A stretch of DNA of 64,000 nucleotides, from the NCBI RefSeq assembly GCF_009914755.1, contig NC_060945.1; one strand, written 5' to 3'. Shown here in pieces: positions 1 to 15,052 of the stretch. Position 1 is the first letter of the stretch; each line of letters begins with the position of its first letter. Source of the stretch: the human T2T-CHM13v2.0 reference genome, Homo sapiens. The notes under the pieces were generated by a model. That model made no database searches. It was given only the letters and a program-made list of their open reading frames with translations, and was not told the DNA's origin. The translations under genes were made by a program, and so were the position numbers.

Positions 1-105
1 TACATATAACATTTTTGCATTTGGGGAGAGTATGTATATTGCAGGAGAAATTCTTAGAAATGGAATTTCTGGGCATATGAATTTTCAGAAATATTGCCAA
101 ATTAA

Positions 106-506
<401 letters not shown>

Positions 507-540
507 TAAGCCAGAAGACAGATGACAGAGGGCTGGTCTA

Positions 541-883
<343 letters not shown>

Positions 884-952
884 TCAATGTTGCTTTGACT
901 TCAATTTACTACTAAAACAGCTAGCAAGAAAGGGAAAGGGTACTCGCTAGAC

Positions 953-1129
953 CAGTGGGTCTCAACACCTGGAGCAGCAGCAGTAGCACCACCTGAAACT
1001 TACTAGAAATGCAAGTTCTCAAGTCCCATCTTAAATCTGAATCAGAAACTCTGGTGGCAGGGCCCAGGAATCTGGGTTTAACAAGATCTTGAGCTGATTT
1101 TGATGGTGGCCCAAGTTGGAGAATTACTG
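953..1129. mobile_element. MER5A-like hAT-Charlie DNA transposon fossil
   Basis: cagtgggtctcaa...tagaaatgcaa...tgaatcagaaactctgg..gggcccaggaatctg..tttaacaag...gagaattactg with terminal inverted ends. Confidence 0.8.
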
Positions 1130-1299
1130 CAGTACAGCTTGATGAAAGTGAGAATGCAGTTTCCCAGTGCTTTCCTTATGCCTCTTGGAGGTGAACCTGG
1201 AGTCCTCTGCTTTAGGTTGAAGGTACCCAGGGCTTTGTACTCCCTGCATCTCACCCCACTGGGGTGGAGCAGGGGACCCACTGGGATTCAGTGTATTAC

Positions 1300-2265
1300 T
1301 TACTTTCATATAAGGCAACTCTTGTTGTCCCATAGTTATAAAGCTCTGTGTTCTGTTTCTTATTGTATTACGTGTACGTGGACATGCCAAACATTAACAA
1401 ATATTTGGCTTCTTGTCTATCTGAAAAATGGCCCCTCATTTCTATTTAACATGAATTTCTTTAATTATAAGTGAAGTTGAGCATCTTCTTATTTTTATGG
1501 GCCACTTTGCACGTTTTCCTCTTATTTATTACTTTCTATATTTGTCATATTTTCTATTGGTTGGTTGTCTTTTTAAAAAAGAATTAAATTGTAACAGCTG
1601 TTTTAATTCTAAGGAAATTAGCCTTTCATCATTTGTGTTGCAAATTCATTTTTACCTACTTTGTCATCTATCATTTAAATTTAGTTACAATACATTTTTG
1701 CATCACAGAGAGTTAAGATTTTTATGTAGTCAAATTGATAAGTTTTTATGTGTCTGAATTTTGAATTTTATGTATGCTTAGATAGATCTTCCCAACCCTA
1801 GGATAATTAAAAAAACATATTTTTTCCTAAACTTTATGGCTTTATTTTTAGCATATACATCTTTGATGTGAATGGAATTTATTGTGACTTAACAACTGAA
1901 GTATACATATTAACTTCCATTTCCAATGGAATATCATTGATTGAGATTATAATTAACTTATAGCTCAATAAAAAAAGAGTTTTAACCCAGAGTTTTCCTA
2001 ACCAAGAACAGAGTATACCTTTACAGTTACTTATTTTTTCATTTTTTTTTCCTTCGGGAGTGATTTAAAGGTTCTTTATATAGTTATTACATATGTATTT
2101 TATAAACTTTTGGAATGTGATGTTTCTTATTATAAGTAACCTTTCTACTAATTATTTGCATATAATAAAGCTCAATTTTTTTTGTGTATTGATTTCATAA
2201 TCACCTTACTGAATTCTCATATTATTTTTATTAGTATAGTTTTTAGAGGATTCTTAGGAGTTTTC
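1300..2265 (-). mobile_element. Old L1M fragments (antisense)
   Basis: T-rich degenerate L1 ORF2/3' motifs such as gttgagcatcttctt and gtgttgcaaat. Confidence 0.55.
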
Positions 2266-2270
2266 CAAGG

Positions 2271-2677
2271 CGATGTGGTTTGGATCTCTGTCCCCACCCA
2301 AATCTCATGTTTAATTGTAATTTCCAACTGTTCATTGCTTGTAATCCCCAGTGCTGGAGGTGGGCCTGGTGGGAGGTGATATTGGATCATGGGGGCTGAT
2401 TTCCTCCTTGATGCTGCTTGATCATGAGTGAGTGCTCATGAGATCTGGTTGTTTAAAAGTGTATAATGCCTCCCCTCTCTCTCTCTTCCTCCTGCTTCAG
2501 CCGTATGAGCATAACTGCTTCAGCTTTGCCTTTTGCCATGAGTAAAAGCTCTCTGAGGTCTCTCCAGCTATGCTTCCTTTAAAACCTGCAGAACTGTAAG
2601 CTAATTCAACCTCTTTTCTTCATAAATTACCCAGTCTCTGGCATTTCTTTATAGCAATGGGAGAAGAGACTAATACA
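2271..2677 (+). mobile_element. MST-type MaLR solo LTR
   Basis: (c)gatgtggtttggatctctgtccccacccaaatctcat...gactaataca; 5-bp TSD caagg at 2266-2270 and 2678-2682. Confidence 0.9.
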
Positions 2678-2808
2678 CAAGGTTGTAATAATTATCTATG
2701 AATAATATAAAGCAGCCTGTTTTTGAAATTAGACTTCTGTTATGGAGTGAATATTATGGTGGAATATGACCTTTCTAAAATTTTTCTGTTCTTAAAAACA
2801 TCATCTTG

Positions 2809-3089
<281 letters not shown>

Positions 3090-3592
3090 CCATATCATCT
3101 TTAATGAAGTAAATGTCATACAACAAAATTGACCAATTTTACATTTGTAATTCTGTTTTAATCATGTAGTACAGCTGTATAATTACCACAATCATCATAT
3201 AAAACATATCAATCCTGCCAGAAAATTCTCTCCTACTCCTTTCCTGTCAATTGCTTCTCCCTATCTCTTGTTCCTGGTACCACTAAATAACTTTTGGTCA
3301 TTGTAGTTTTACCCTATCTAGAATTTTATATAAATAGACTCATACGGTGTGCAGTCTTTTGTGTCTCACTTTTTTCACATAATATATCATGATATGGCTA
3401 TACAATAATTTGTTTATATTCACTAGTTGATGAACATTTGGGTTGTTTACAACTTTTTGGCTATTAATGAATAAAGAGGCTATTCATGTACATTCAAGTA
3501 CATGTCTTGTCTGGGTGTGTGTTATTATTTCTCTTGGGTAAATACTTAGGAGTGAGCCTGCTGAGTTGTATGGTAAGAGTATATTTAACTTG

Positions 3593-3889
3593 GGCCGGGT
3601 GTGGTGGCTCACGCCTGTAATTCCAGCACTTTGGGAGGCCGAGGCGGGTGGATCACGAGGTCAAGAGATCGATACCATCCTGGCCAACATGGTAAAACCC
3701 CATCTCTACTAAAAACACAAAAATTAGCTGGGCATGGTGGCGTGCGCCTGTAGTCCCAGCTACTCAGGAGGCTGAGGCAGGAGAATAGCTTGAACCTGGG
3801 AGGCGGAGGTTGCTGTGAGCTCCATTGTGCCACTGCACTCCAGCCTGGTGACAGAGCAAGACTCCATCTCAAAAAAAAAAAAAAAAAAA
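3593..3889 (+). mobile_element. Alu (AluSc-type)
   Basis: Full Alu with poly-A; TSD agtatatttaactt at 3578-3591 and 3889-3902. Confidence 0.95.
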
Positions 3890-4005
3890 GTATATTTAAC
3901 TTAATAAGAAACTGACAAACACTTTGTATGACTCTACCATTTTGTATTGCCATCAGCATTATATGAGTATTCCAGTTGCTTCACATTTTCACCAGCATTT
4001 TGTAT

Positions 4006-4396
4006 TGCTATCTGCTGAATGTGTCCCCAAAAGTCACGTGTTGGAAACTGAATGCCCAGTGCAATAGTATTGGGAGGTATGGTCTTTGAGAGGTGACTGA
4101 GTCATGAGGACTCTTCTTTCAAGAATGGATTAGGTCTCTTATAAACAGGGCTTACAGAAGTGGGTTCATTCTCCTTCATTCTTCTACCATGTGAGGACAC
4201 AGTGTTCCTTCTCTCTGGAGGATACAACATTCAAGGTACCACCTTGAAAGCAAAGACCAGACTCTTACTAGACAAGGAACCTGCCAGCACCTTAGTCTTG
4301 AACTTCCCAGTTCCCAGAACTGTGAGAAAATAAATTTCTGTTATTCATACATCACCGTTTCAGGTATTTTTATTATAGCAACACAAAACCAAGATG
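4006..4396 (+). mobile_element. MSTC/MSTD-like MaLR solo LTR
   Basis: tgctat..tgaatgtgtcccc..aaa..cacgtgttggaaact...ccatgtgaggacacag...agaactgtgagaaaataaatttctg...tatagcaacacaaaac; near-TSD tgtat/ggtat. Confidence 0.8.
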
Positions 4397-5659
4397 GGTA
4401 TTGTCTTTTAAAAAAAATTCTAGTGAGTGTTTTGTAGTATCTCAGTGTGTTTTTAATTTTCATTACCTTAATGACCGATGTTGCTGAGCATCTTTGCATG
4501 TACTTACTTATCATTTATAGATATTATTTGATGAAGTGTTTGCTTGAATTTTTTTGTCTAATTTTTATTGGTTTGTCTTACTGAGTTGTAAAAATTCTTT
4601 ATATATTCTTGAAGCAGATCCTTTATCAGCTATATGTTTTGCAAATGTTTTCTCCCAGTCTCTGTGACTTGCCTTTTTATTTTTTAAATGATACTTTTTG
4701 AAAAGCAAGCTTTTAAATATTTTGAAATCCAGTTCGTAAATTTGTTGCTTTTATAGTTTATGCTTTTTAAAGAAATTGAGTGTAACCCAAGGTAACAAAA
4801 ATTTCTCCTGTGTTTTATTCCAGAAATTTTAGTTTTAACCCTTACAGTTAGGTCTGTGTTCCTTTCTGAGTTAAATTTTGGATATAGTGTGAAGATGAGG
4901 ATTAAAGTTCTCTCTCTTCTTTTGGTATATAAATATCCAATTTCCCAGCACTATTTGTTGAAAATGGTATCCTTTCCAGAGTGAAATACACTGGCACCTT
5001 TGTTGGGAATCAATGAGCCATATAAGTGTAGGTCTATTTCTAGACTCACTATTCTGTTCCATTGATTCACACGTCAATACCAGATGTCTTGATTACTTGA
5101 GCATTATAATAAGTCTAGGTGTAAGTTTTATAGTAAGCCTGAGTGTAAGACTTCTGACTTTATTTTTCTTTTTCAAAAGACTTTCAACTTTACTTTTTCT
5201 TTTATTTTGGCTATGCTAGTTGGTTTTCATTTCTATGTAAGTTTTAGAATTTTCTTGTAATTTCTGTGGAAAACACTGCTGGGATTTTGGAATTCTGTTG
5301 AATCTATAGATCAGTTTGGGGAGAATTGATATTTTAATAATTTTGAATCTTTTGATTTATGACCACAATATATATTTTCATTATCCAGATGTCTTTAATT
5401 TCTTTCAGTAATGTTTAGTAATTTTCTGTCTACATGTTTTACAAATATTTTGTTAAATTTATTCCTCTGTTTTTCATATTTTTACTATATTTTTATGATA
5501 TTTGTTTAAAATTTCCAACTGTTCACTGCTTATATATGAAAATGCTACTGATATGTTGACTTTGAATCTTGTGACCTTGCAGTTAGTTCTAGTAGATGTT
5601 TTGAAGATTTCTTAGAATTTTCTACATAGACAATAATGTCTGTGAATAAAGATAGTTTT

Positions 5660-5690
<31 letters not shown>

Positions 5691-5859
5691 AAATTTTTTG
5701 GAGGCCTTGTGGATTTGAAGAGTTTTTTTTCTTTCCAGTCTTATACCTTTTTAGTTTTTTTAAAATTTTTCCTGCCTTATATTGTATTGATAAGAACGTT
5801 CATACAATGTTGAATAGGAGTGATGAGAGAGACCATCCTTGCCTTGTTCCTGACCTTAG

Positions 5860-6208
<349 letters not shown>

Positions 6209-6669
6209 TCTATAGATGCCTTTTATTGGATTGAAGAGCTTTTATTTTATTCCTAGTTTGCTGCAAATTTTTTTTTTTTTTATTACAAATGGGTGTTGAA
6301 TTTTGTGAAAACTTTTTTCTGCATCCATTGAGATGATCATATGGTAAGTTCCATTTTAGACAATTGATATGATGACTCATTGTTTTTCTAAGGTTAAACT
6401 AACTTCACATTACTAGGATAAACCACACTGGATTATGATGTATTATTCTTTTAATATATTTCAACTGACTGAAGTATTGTTAACATTTTTATATCTATGT
6501 TTATAAGGGATATTAGTCTTTAGTTTTCTTTCTTATAATTTCATTACCTTTGGATAAGTTAAAAACATTTCAGTCGTATTTTAGTTTTTCCACTCATTAC
6601 ATTTAAGACTTTAAATAAACATACACTTTAAACTCTATTTCTATATATATCAACTTTAAATAATACATT

Positions 6670-8750
6670 CTGGAGTTTTAATTTTAGGTAGGATGGAGTA
6701 AGCACACTCCTCCATCTCTGAGTGCACACTCCTCCATCTCTTAGTACACACTGAATACAGCTAACTCATTAAATATAGCTTTAAAACCTGGGTATAATGC
6801 GTATAACAGTGATATAAGGACACTGGAAAGTAAACAGTAGCAAGAAGATTGGGAAGAAGACCAGAATTTAAAGTTTTATGAAATGCCAGTTAGTTTATCT
6901 TTTTTTTTTTTTTGTACCACTATCCCTTGGCATGGATTCAAGGTAGCCTGAAACTCAAAACCTGTACATAGACATGGCATGGATAAGGAACAAAGTACAG
7001 ACAGAGCTCCAGAAGAGGCCCTATAGTTTTGACTTAAGCAGTATGAAGCAGGGCTGGGGGTGGGAGGCATCACTTAATCTCCAGAGACAGTGAGGGCAAT
7101 CCATCATGTTTATTTTCTTTTTCTCTATGTTTCCTTGTACCATAGTCCCCAGGCAATGCTGTGGCAATGACAGCAGTGGCCTACTGGACCTGCAAGGGGC
7201 TAAAAGTCTGAGCTGGGGGGGTCCCTTCCTCTTCATTTGGAGAAGACTGATCTCAACAGAGTGATATGAACACTCATTGATTTTTTTTCCCTCTTTTTAT
7301 CCTCCCACCAAGTGGCCTCATATGTAGGACAATTGTTGGAAGAGCATGGTAGAGCAGGATAATTGAAGCCCCAGCTCTTTGTCCAGACTGAAAGGGTAGC
7401 CCCAGGAAACTGAAGAGTATCAGCAAGATGTGGTGAGAAAGGACCTCAGGGAAATGACTCCCTGAAAGTAGCTTATGAACTCTCAGGCTTGCTCCTTAGC
7501 TACCCACTTACAGATCTGATTCTAAACAACATATCAACGACTTTGAGGTCTGAGCTAAGGAATAGATCATCACTTAATTTCCATATTGGCCACCGGGTGA
7601 CATAAACAGGAGACAGATCAGAATAGCACTACAAATGCTTTGAGGGAAGAAAACAAACCCAAACCGATATTGAAACTACAACCCAGGAAAAGTCAGTTGG
7701 AATTTGTAGCCTGAATCTAACTGGGTCAGCTGCTGAAACAAAACAAAAATATCAGCATTCTCCATGGGATTTAAATAAGACCCAGAGTCTTATATTATTC
7801 AAATGTCTGTGATATGATCTAAAGTAACTTGGCATCTTAAGAATAAGAAGAATCTCAACTCTTATGGGAAAAGATAGTCAACAGAAGCCAACGCGGAGAT
7901 GACACACAGGTTAAAATTTTCTGACAAGGTCTTTAAAAGAAGAAAGGGTGAATACATTTGAAATGAGTTGAATGAAAGATAATTTTAGCAAATAAATAGA
8001 AGACTTAAAGAACATCCAAATAGAAATTTTAAACTGAAAAACATAACAATCAAAATAAAAACCTCTCCAGATGGTTTCAATAGCAGAATGGAGATGGCAG
8101 TGGAAAGGGTGAATTCTAAGAAAAATAGAAATTATACAACTGAGAGAAAAAAGATGAAAAAGAAAACAAACAGAGACTTAGGGATCTATGGAACTCTACC
8201 ACAATGTCTAATACTTCTGTCATCAGAGTCACAGAGGGAGGAGAAATATTGTTGTATAGAAAAAATATTTGAAGAAAAATGTTTATAAGTCCTCAAATTG
8301 GGCAGAATTTCTATGTAGCTCCTATAGATTCATGGAACACAGGGAAACCCAGACAAGATAATCCTAAAGAAACATGTTTAGGCATATCAAAAGCAAACTG
8401 TTAAAAATTAAAGACAAAGAAAAAAAAGCTTGCAGGCAGCTAGAGAAGCACAACTCATTACTTATAACTGAACTATGATTCTAATGACTACGCATCTCTC
8501 ATAGAAACCATGACTGTCAGAAGAAAGTGAAGCAATATTTTTAATGTGCTGAGAGAAAAAAGTGTCAACCTAGAACTCTATATACACTGAAAATATCCTT
8601 CAGAAATGAAGGTAAAATAGAGACCACAGATGAAAAAAAAACTAGAAAATAATTCATTGCCAGTAGACCTGCTCTGAAAGAATTGCTAAAGTAGGTTTTT
8701 CAGACAGAAGAAAAAATGATACCACAAGGAAACTTGGAACATTAGGAATA
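6670..8750 (+). mobile_element. Old L1M 5' region and ORF1 remnant
   Basis: A-rich degenerate ORF1 (aaagacaaagaaaaaaagcttgcaggcagctagag, tgtcaacctagaactctatat, aaaatatccttcagaaatgaagg). Confidence 0.7.
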
Positions 8751-9358
8751 AATAATATCTTTTAACTCTGATATGAATGGTTAGGAAATTGGCACATACA
8801 TCCTCCTTTCTGATATCTTTTTTTTTCTGCCAGTGTCCATTTTTTCTTAGCTATACTCTTATTTATACATTTCAATGTTTATAAATTTGCACAATTGTCA
8901 AGCCTTACTTCTATGTTTTAATCAATTCAGTGCAAACAATACTTTTATGCCATGAATTCTTCCTTTCTCAAGTTCTTTTGATGACAGCACTTGTTTGGTG
9001 AGAATTTGTTATCAAGAGGTTTTATATCCCTTAAGAAGGTCTGTCTATAATCTTTTGACTCACAATTTTGGATACTAAATGTTGGTATGAAGAAATCTGA
9101 GGTCACTCTGATTTTCCTCCCATGCAAATGAATTGCTTTTTCTGAGTGAATGCTCATTCAGCTTTTATTTTTATTCTTAAAGGTAAACAGCATCACCAGA
9201 ATATATCAAGTTGATTACTGGAATGAATTACTTTTTCCTGGAACATGATGAATCCTTTTCATCCTCAGACCCAGATGTTCCTTTATTTCAGAAACATTTT
9301 CTTCTATTTAATTTTTAAATATTATTTTCTGATTGATTTGCTTGACTCCCAGGGTTAG

Positions 9359-9752
<394 letters not shown>

Positions 9753-10559
9753 CAGTTTTCAGATTTTTATCAGCCTTTCTTCTATGCTCCCGATTCTTTT
9801 ATAAATTGTATTACATTGTTTTTGTGTCTCTATATTGCGTTTATGTCTATGGTATTTGTATTATTAACTTTTGTTTCTTTTGTGAACTCTGGTAGCTTGG
9901 TTTCACTATCTTTATTTCCTCTTTAATTTCATATCCCTTCTCAGAAAGTCTCCTTTTCAGATCGTTTTTTTCCCTCTTTAGTTTCTTGAGCATGTAGACT
10001 ATTATTTGTTTACTTTTTTTTTCATTTCCTGTGGTAATTCTTCTGATACATATTCTTTTTAAGTGTTTTTCTTCTATATTTATAACAATTGTACAGGTGG
10101 TAAATTATACATGCCATAGTACTATAGCCAGGTCTGCTCCTTGGAAAGTCTTTATGTAATATGGAAAGCAAATCTGGAGGTGGGAGAATTAGAAATCTGA
10201 CATCAGTAGCAGGAAGATTGGATCTAGATGATGGGGAGACACAGGGTGGTTACTTCATTGTGTAAGGCAGAGATTGGGGCTGGGATGTGACACTCTGAGT
10301 TGGTAGGAAAAAGAGCCTGAGTGTAAAGAGAAGAACGAGGCTGATCTGAGTAGCAAGACCCTCTACCCTACCTTACTGGAATAAGCTCATCCATGCACAG
10401 AAAGCTGTAGGAAACTGTGCACACTGCTATCAAGTATAGTTTTGAATGGCCAAATTATTTATTTGATGTTAGTTAAGCAAACAGTTTTTACCACCGTGAA
10501 AACTTTTTCTGCCTCTATCATTTCTGCTGGTCTCCATATAGTCCCATTAAAAAAAAAAT

Positions 10560-12960
10560 CAAGCAATAAAAAATATACATACTAAAAGTGAAAGCTGATC
10601 TTAAACTTCCTCCCAGTCCTTCACCTCCTTCCTAAGAAGTAACTACTATTTAACAATTAGCTGTGCTGTGTCTACATCTTGACCTTTTCCTGCGTATGCT
10701 TATACATAAGAATTTTCTGTCTTTACTAATATATCTTTTCAATCTTTCTATGCCAGTAAATATTTTTCTACTACAAAAATCATTTGTATAGTATTATATA
10801 CTATTATTGTATACTATATATTGTGTAGTATTATATACCTATTATTTATTTAACTATCTGCTGTTCTTGGTCACACATTTACCCTAAAATGCAGCAGTGA
10901 ACAGTCCTCTATGTGGATATTATGAGAGTTTCTGTAGCATATAATCCTAGAAGTGGATTTTGTGGGTATAAGAATATGGACAGATAAAATTTTGATAAGT
11001 ACTGAGAAATAATACTTCAAAAAGCCTGTTCCAATTTACTGTCTCATTAATGAGTCTATTTTCCCACATCTTTATCAAAAGAATATTATTCTGATTTTTT
11101 TATTTTTGCCCATTAGATAAGTTAAGAATTGTGACTCATTACTTATAAAATTTGCATACTACCAACTGCAGTGGAATTTCAGCATATTTTAAAAATACTC
11201 TTTGACCCATTTCTTTTGTAAATTTCTGTCTATTTTTAGTAGCTTTTTTCAGTTCTTTTTGGTTTCTAGAGGTCCTTTATATTGGTTATTAATTGCTTCT
11301 CTGTTGAAGATGTTGGAAATATTTTCTCAGTCTCTCATTTTTGAATTTATTTATAATCTTTCTATTATTCAAACTATTTGAACCTTTATATAGCCAAATA
11401 TTTTAACTTTATGGCTTTTATATCTTTGCTTATAAGAATGTTCTCTAAGGTTAAGATGAAGTTTGCCTATATATTTTTTTCTGATATGTATGTAGTTATT
11501 AATGCTTTTAATGTTTTATTGAGCTTAGTTTTTAATCTGTCTGTAAATAATTAGCCTCTTATTTTGACACTGCTTATTGAATTGTTGGTTCTTTTTCCTC
11601 TAATTTGAAATATCACCTGCTTTATCTTTCCATATTGATTTATGTATCTACTCTGGGACCAGTGCCACACTGTTGTTGGTATTTAGAATGGTCAGGCAAG
11701 TTCTTCCTCATTATTCCTCTCTTCAAAATTGTGCTGGCTATTTCGTTTCAAGCCATCTGTTTAGAGTTTTGATTGGAAATGGTATCAAATTTATACATAA
11801 ATTCGAAGAGAACTGATGAAACGGGAAAGTTCCCTTATTCTCCTCACAGGGCGTGTGACAGGGGCATGACTGGTTTCTTCAGTGCCCCACTGCCCAAAGC
11901 CCTAGAGGGAACATGCAGACAGTCAGGTCGGGGGGCGTCTAGGGTTGAGTGTTTACAGCTCTCAAAGCCCCAGTGGGCATGTGTTACAGTGCACTCTTTC
12001 AGTTTTGCCATCCACAGGTGGCTTGTATTAATCAGCTCAATTACAGCCTCTGCCTTATTGCAAGGACAGAGGGCTTTCTGTATCCCGGGGTTCTTGCCCT
12101 AGAGTACTGGAAAAATCGGATCACATGTGGGCTTGGAGGATGGGTGCAAGGTTTTATTGAGTGGAGGTAGCTCTCAGTGAGGTGGATGGGGAGGGCAAAA
12201 GGGGGATGGAGTGGGAAGGTTGTCTTCCCCTGGAATTGGGGTGCCCAATGGCTGGACTTCCCTCCGACTGAATTTCCCATATTGTCTGCGTCATTCTGCT
12301 GTTGATGGCCTGCTGGCATCTGCTGGTGTGTTCTTCTGCCAGTGTGTTCCTCTCAACATCCAGACACTTGTGTGTGCGCCCGCTAGGGTCTCAGAGATTT
12401 TATGGGCACAGGATGGAGGATGTGATGGGCCAGAGTGGTCTTGGAAAATGCAACATTTGGGTGCAGAAACAGGAGTGCCTGTCCTTACTTAGGTCCCTGG
12501 GCACAGGCCTGAGAGTGAAGCCCTCACCAGGGACCCTGCCCTTCTCTATCCAGCATTTCCCTATCTCCCTCCTGTATCACTGATATCTTTTACTATTGAG
12601 TCTTCACATCCAGAAACATAATTTGGCCTTCTGTTAATTTAGAGCTTCTTTTATTTTCTTCTGTAAAAATTTACAGCATTCTTTATATTATATGTTTCTT
12701 ATTGAATTTAATTATGAACAGGTTATACTTTGTTATTATCATGGGATCTTTTAAATACATTCTAATTGGTTATGACAGGTTTAAAAAGCTACTCTTAATT
12801 TTTCTGTGTTGATCTTGTATCCCAACTAAATCCTGTGTTTGTTCTAAATGCTTACTAGTAGTGCCTCTTAGGTGTTCTAGGTGGCTACTCATAGCGTCTG
12901 ATAACAATAATAGTTTGTCTTTTTCTTTCCTATATTTACACCAATTTTTTTCTCCTAACA
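10560..12960 (-). mobile_element. Old L1M(E) fragments hosting the ERV1 LTR
   Basis: L1 sequence gagaactga|tatcttttactattgagtcttc rejoins across the LTR. Confidence 0.6.
11817..12579 (-). mobile_element. ERV1-class solo LTR (LTR1/LTR27/LTR28-like group)
   Basis: TG...CA termini (tgaaacggg...tgtatca); 4-bp TSD ctga at 11813-11816 and 12580-12583; GC-richer than flanks; minus-strand AATAAA near 12155. Confidence 0.85.
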
Positions 12961-14424
12961 TTTACAGGTTTTTTTTTTTTTCAGTTTCCTGTAATGATTA
13001 TTTATTGAATTTGGAAGATCTCCATTGTGGTGTTAATTTCTTAAAAGCTTAGTGTTTCTTGCTTGCTCTTATTTGTTGCTGAGGACTTAGATTAAACAGT
13101 TTATTGCTTTTGAAGTGTATTTTGTCAGTCCAGTTGAGGGACTGAGTCTCAGTCCAGATGAGGGACTGCCAGTTTGTCTAGCAGTTGATACAAACTAATT
13201 ACCTCTGGTAACTTTGCAGGAGCTGAAAACAGAAGTGTGACTAGTAAGGTGTGAAGGTGGCTTGATTTCTAGATATGAGGCTCTTGGTGCTTGTTGGCTG
13301 ACAGACACTCTCCCTTTCTTTAGTTCAGCAGCCACTCTGGTAGTCTTAAACGTCAGAGTTTTTAAGAGGGGTATTCATAGCCCAAATCTAGGGATAAATG
13401 TAGGAGATGGAGGAAAGGGGAGTTGCCGTTTTATTGGTGCCACTGTTTAGTTAAAATACCTAAAACATTTTCTCATTCCCCTTTTCCCTGCCTCCACTGC
13501 CTTTGGATGTAGATTTATTCTGGAGTTCTGTTGGGAAAACACACTATTTTGGAATGTTTTACTTGTCTACTGAGAGGGTTCTTCGGCTATTTTGGACTAT
13601 GTTGTCAATCTATTTGCTATTGCTGTGTCTCTTCTAGAAACTCCTCATTGTCCTGGACTACTGGCAAAGCTTGTTTTCAATGCTGTTATGAATTTGCTAA
13701 TTTATTTCCTTTGTATCTATTGTATTTATGCACAGACTTTATGTTAGATCCTTTTGGTTGATTGTTATCCTTAATTAGGGATAATGCCATCTGGACCTGT
13801 TAATTTGCTCAAGAACTGAGTGGAGAGGGGTGGATGGAGGATGACACATTACTCACTATTTAACAAAATAAAGGTTTTTTTCCATAATAAAGCTTGTTAT
13901 ATAACAGGTAAAAAATACAGAAAAACAAGAGGAAGAAAATGATCATTCATAATTCAGTCATGACAATCACTGCTAATATTTAGATATGTTAGCAGTGATA
14001 TCATATTATATATATATATTAGATATATTAAAGGACTATCAGTCCTCTCCTGATGCATATTTAACATTCTTGTGATTATATTCTGTGCAGCATTTTGTAT
14101 TTATTTTTTCCAGTTAACATTTTAACACATTTCCTGTATCATTAGGAACACTCATGATTAAATCCTTACTTTAATAATATCATAAGATAGAGTAAAATGG
14201 ATCCTCCAAGGGTGATACTTACTTGTCTTTGGCCATTTGGGTTAATTTGGTATTTAGTTCTTTTAAGAAGGAAATTCGATTTTTATACATTTATTATTAA
14301 ATTTTTTGAAATAAAATCTACAGTGAAATGTGTAGAGCCTAAGTGTCTAATTTGATGTTTTGATAATGCTTACATTTAAGTAATCATGACCCCAATCGGA
14401 TACAGCATATTTACCTGACTCACT

Positions 14425-14718
14425 TTTTAATTTAATTTAATTTAATTTTTGAGACAGGGCCTCACTCTGTCGCCCAGGCTGAAGTGTACTGGCACAATCA
14501 TAGCTCACTGCAGTTTTAACCTCCTGGGCTTGAGGGATCCTCCTGCTTCAGCCTCCTGAGTAGCTGGGACTACAGGGGTACACCATGTCTGGCTAATTTT
14601 TTTTTCATTTTTTGTGGAGACAGGGTCTCACTATATTGCCCAGGCTGGCCTCAAGTGATCCTCCTGCCTCAGCCTCCCAAAGCCCTGGGATTACAGTCAT
14701 GAGCCACCATACCTGGCC
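14425..14718 (-). mobile_element. AluJ (internally deleted)
   Basis: gagacagggcctcactctg..atcatagctcactgcag..gatcctcctgc diagnostics; (TTTAA)n tail. Confidence 0.9.
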
Positions 14719-15026
14719 AACTCATTTTAATAATGTCTAATGATGAACACCTATAAGAAGGTTTTTCATATTTATGTACTTGGACTGTGATTCTAAAAGT
14801 GAAATAACTTGGCTTTATTTTACAAACCTTTTAGTGGACTTTACTAAAATCGCTTCCAGAAGTTTGTATCAATTTACATTCCCACCAGTAAGTGGAGAGT
14901 GTCAATCTTTTTTTCTGTGATCCCCCTAACATTTTTTGACTATCCCCCAGCAGATAAGCTGCACAGTTTCTTGTTGAAAGCAAGTTATGACTCTTTCTGT
15001 TAATATCTACTTCCACTCAATCATGG

Positions 15027-15052
15027 TTGTGTGTGTGTGTGTGTGTACGTGT
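15027..15052. repeat. (GT)n microsatellite
   Basis: Direct inspection. Confidence 0.9.

Noticed and set aside
1100-1474. 124-aa ORF
   Set aside because: Begins inside MER5A and ends in L1-derived T-rich DNA; no homology recognised
11773-12583. Several overlapping 70-110 aa ORFs
   Set aside because: All lie within the GC-richer solo LTR; chance ORFs
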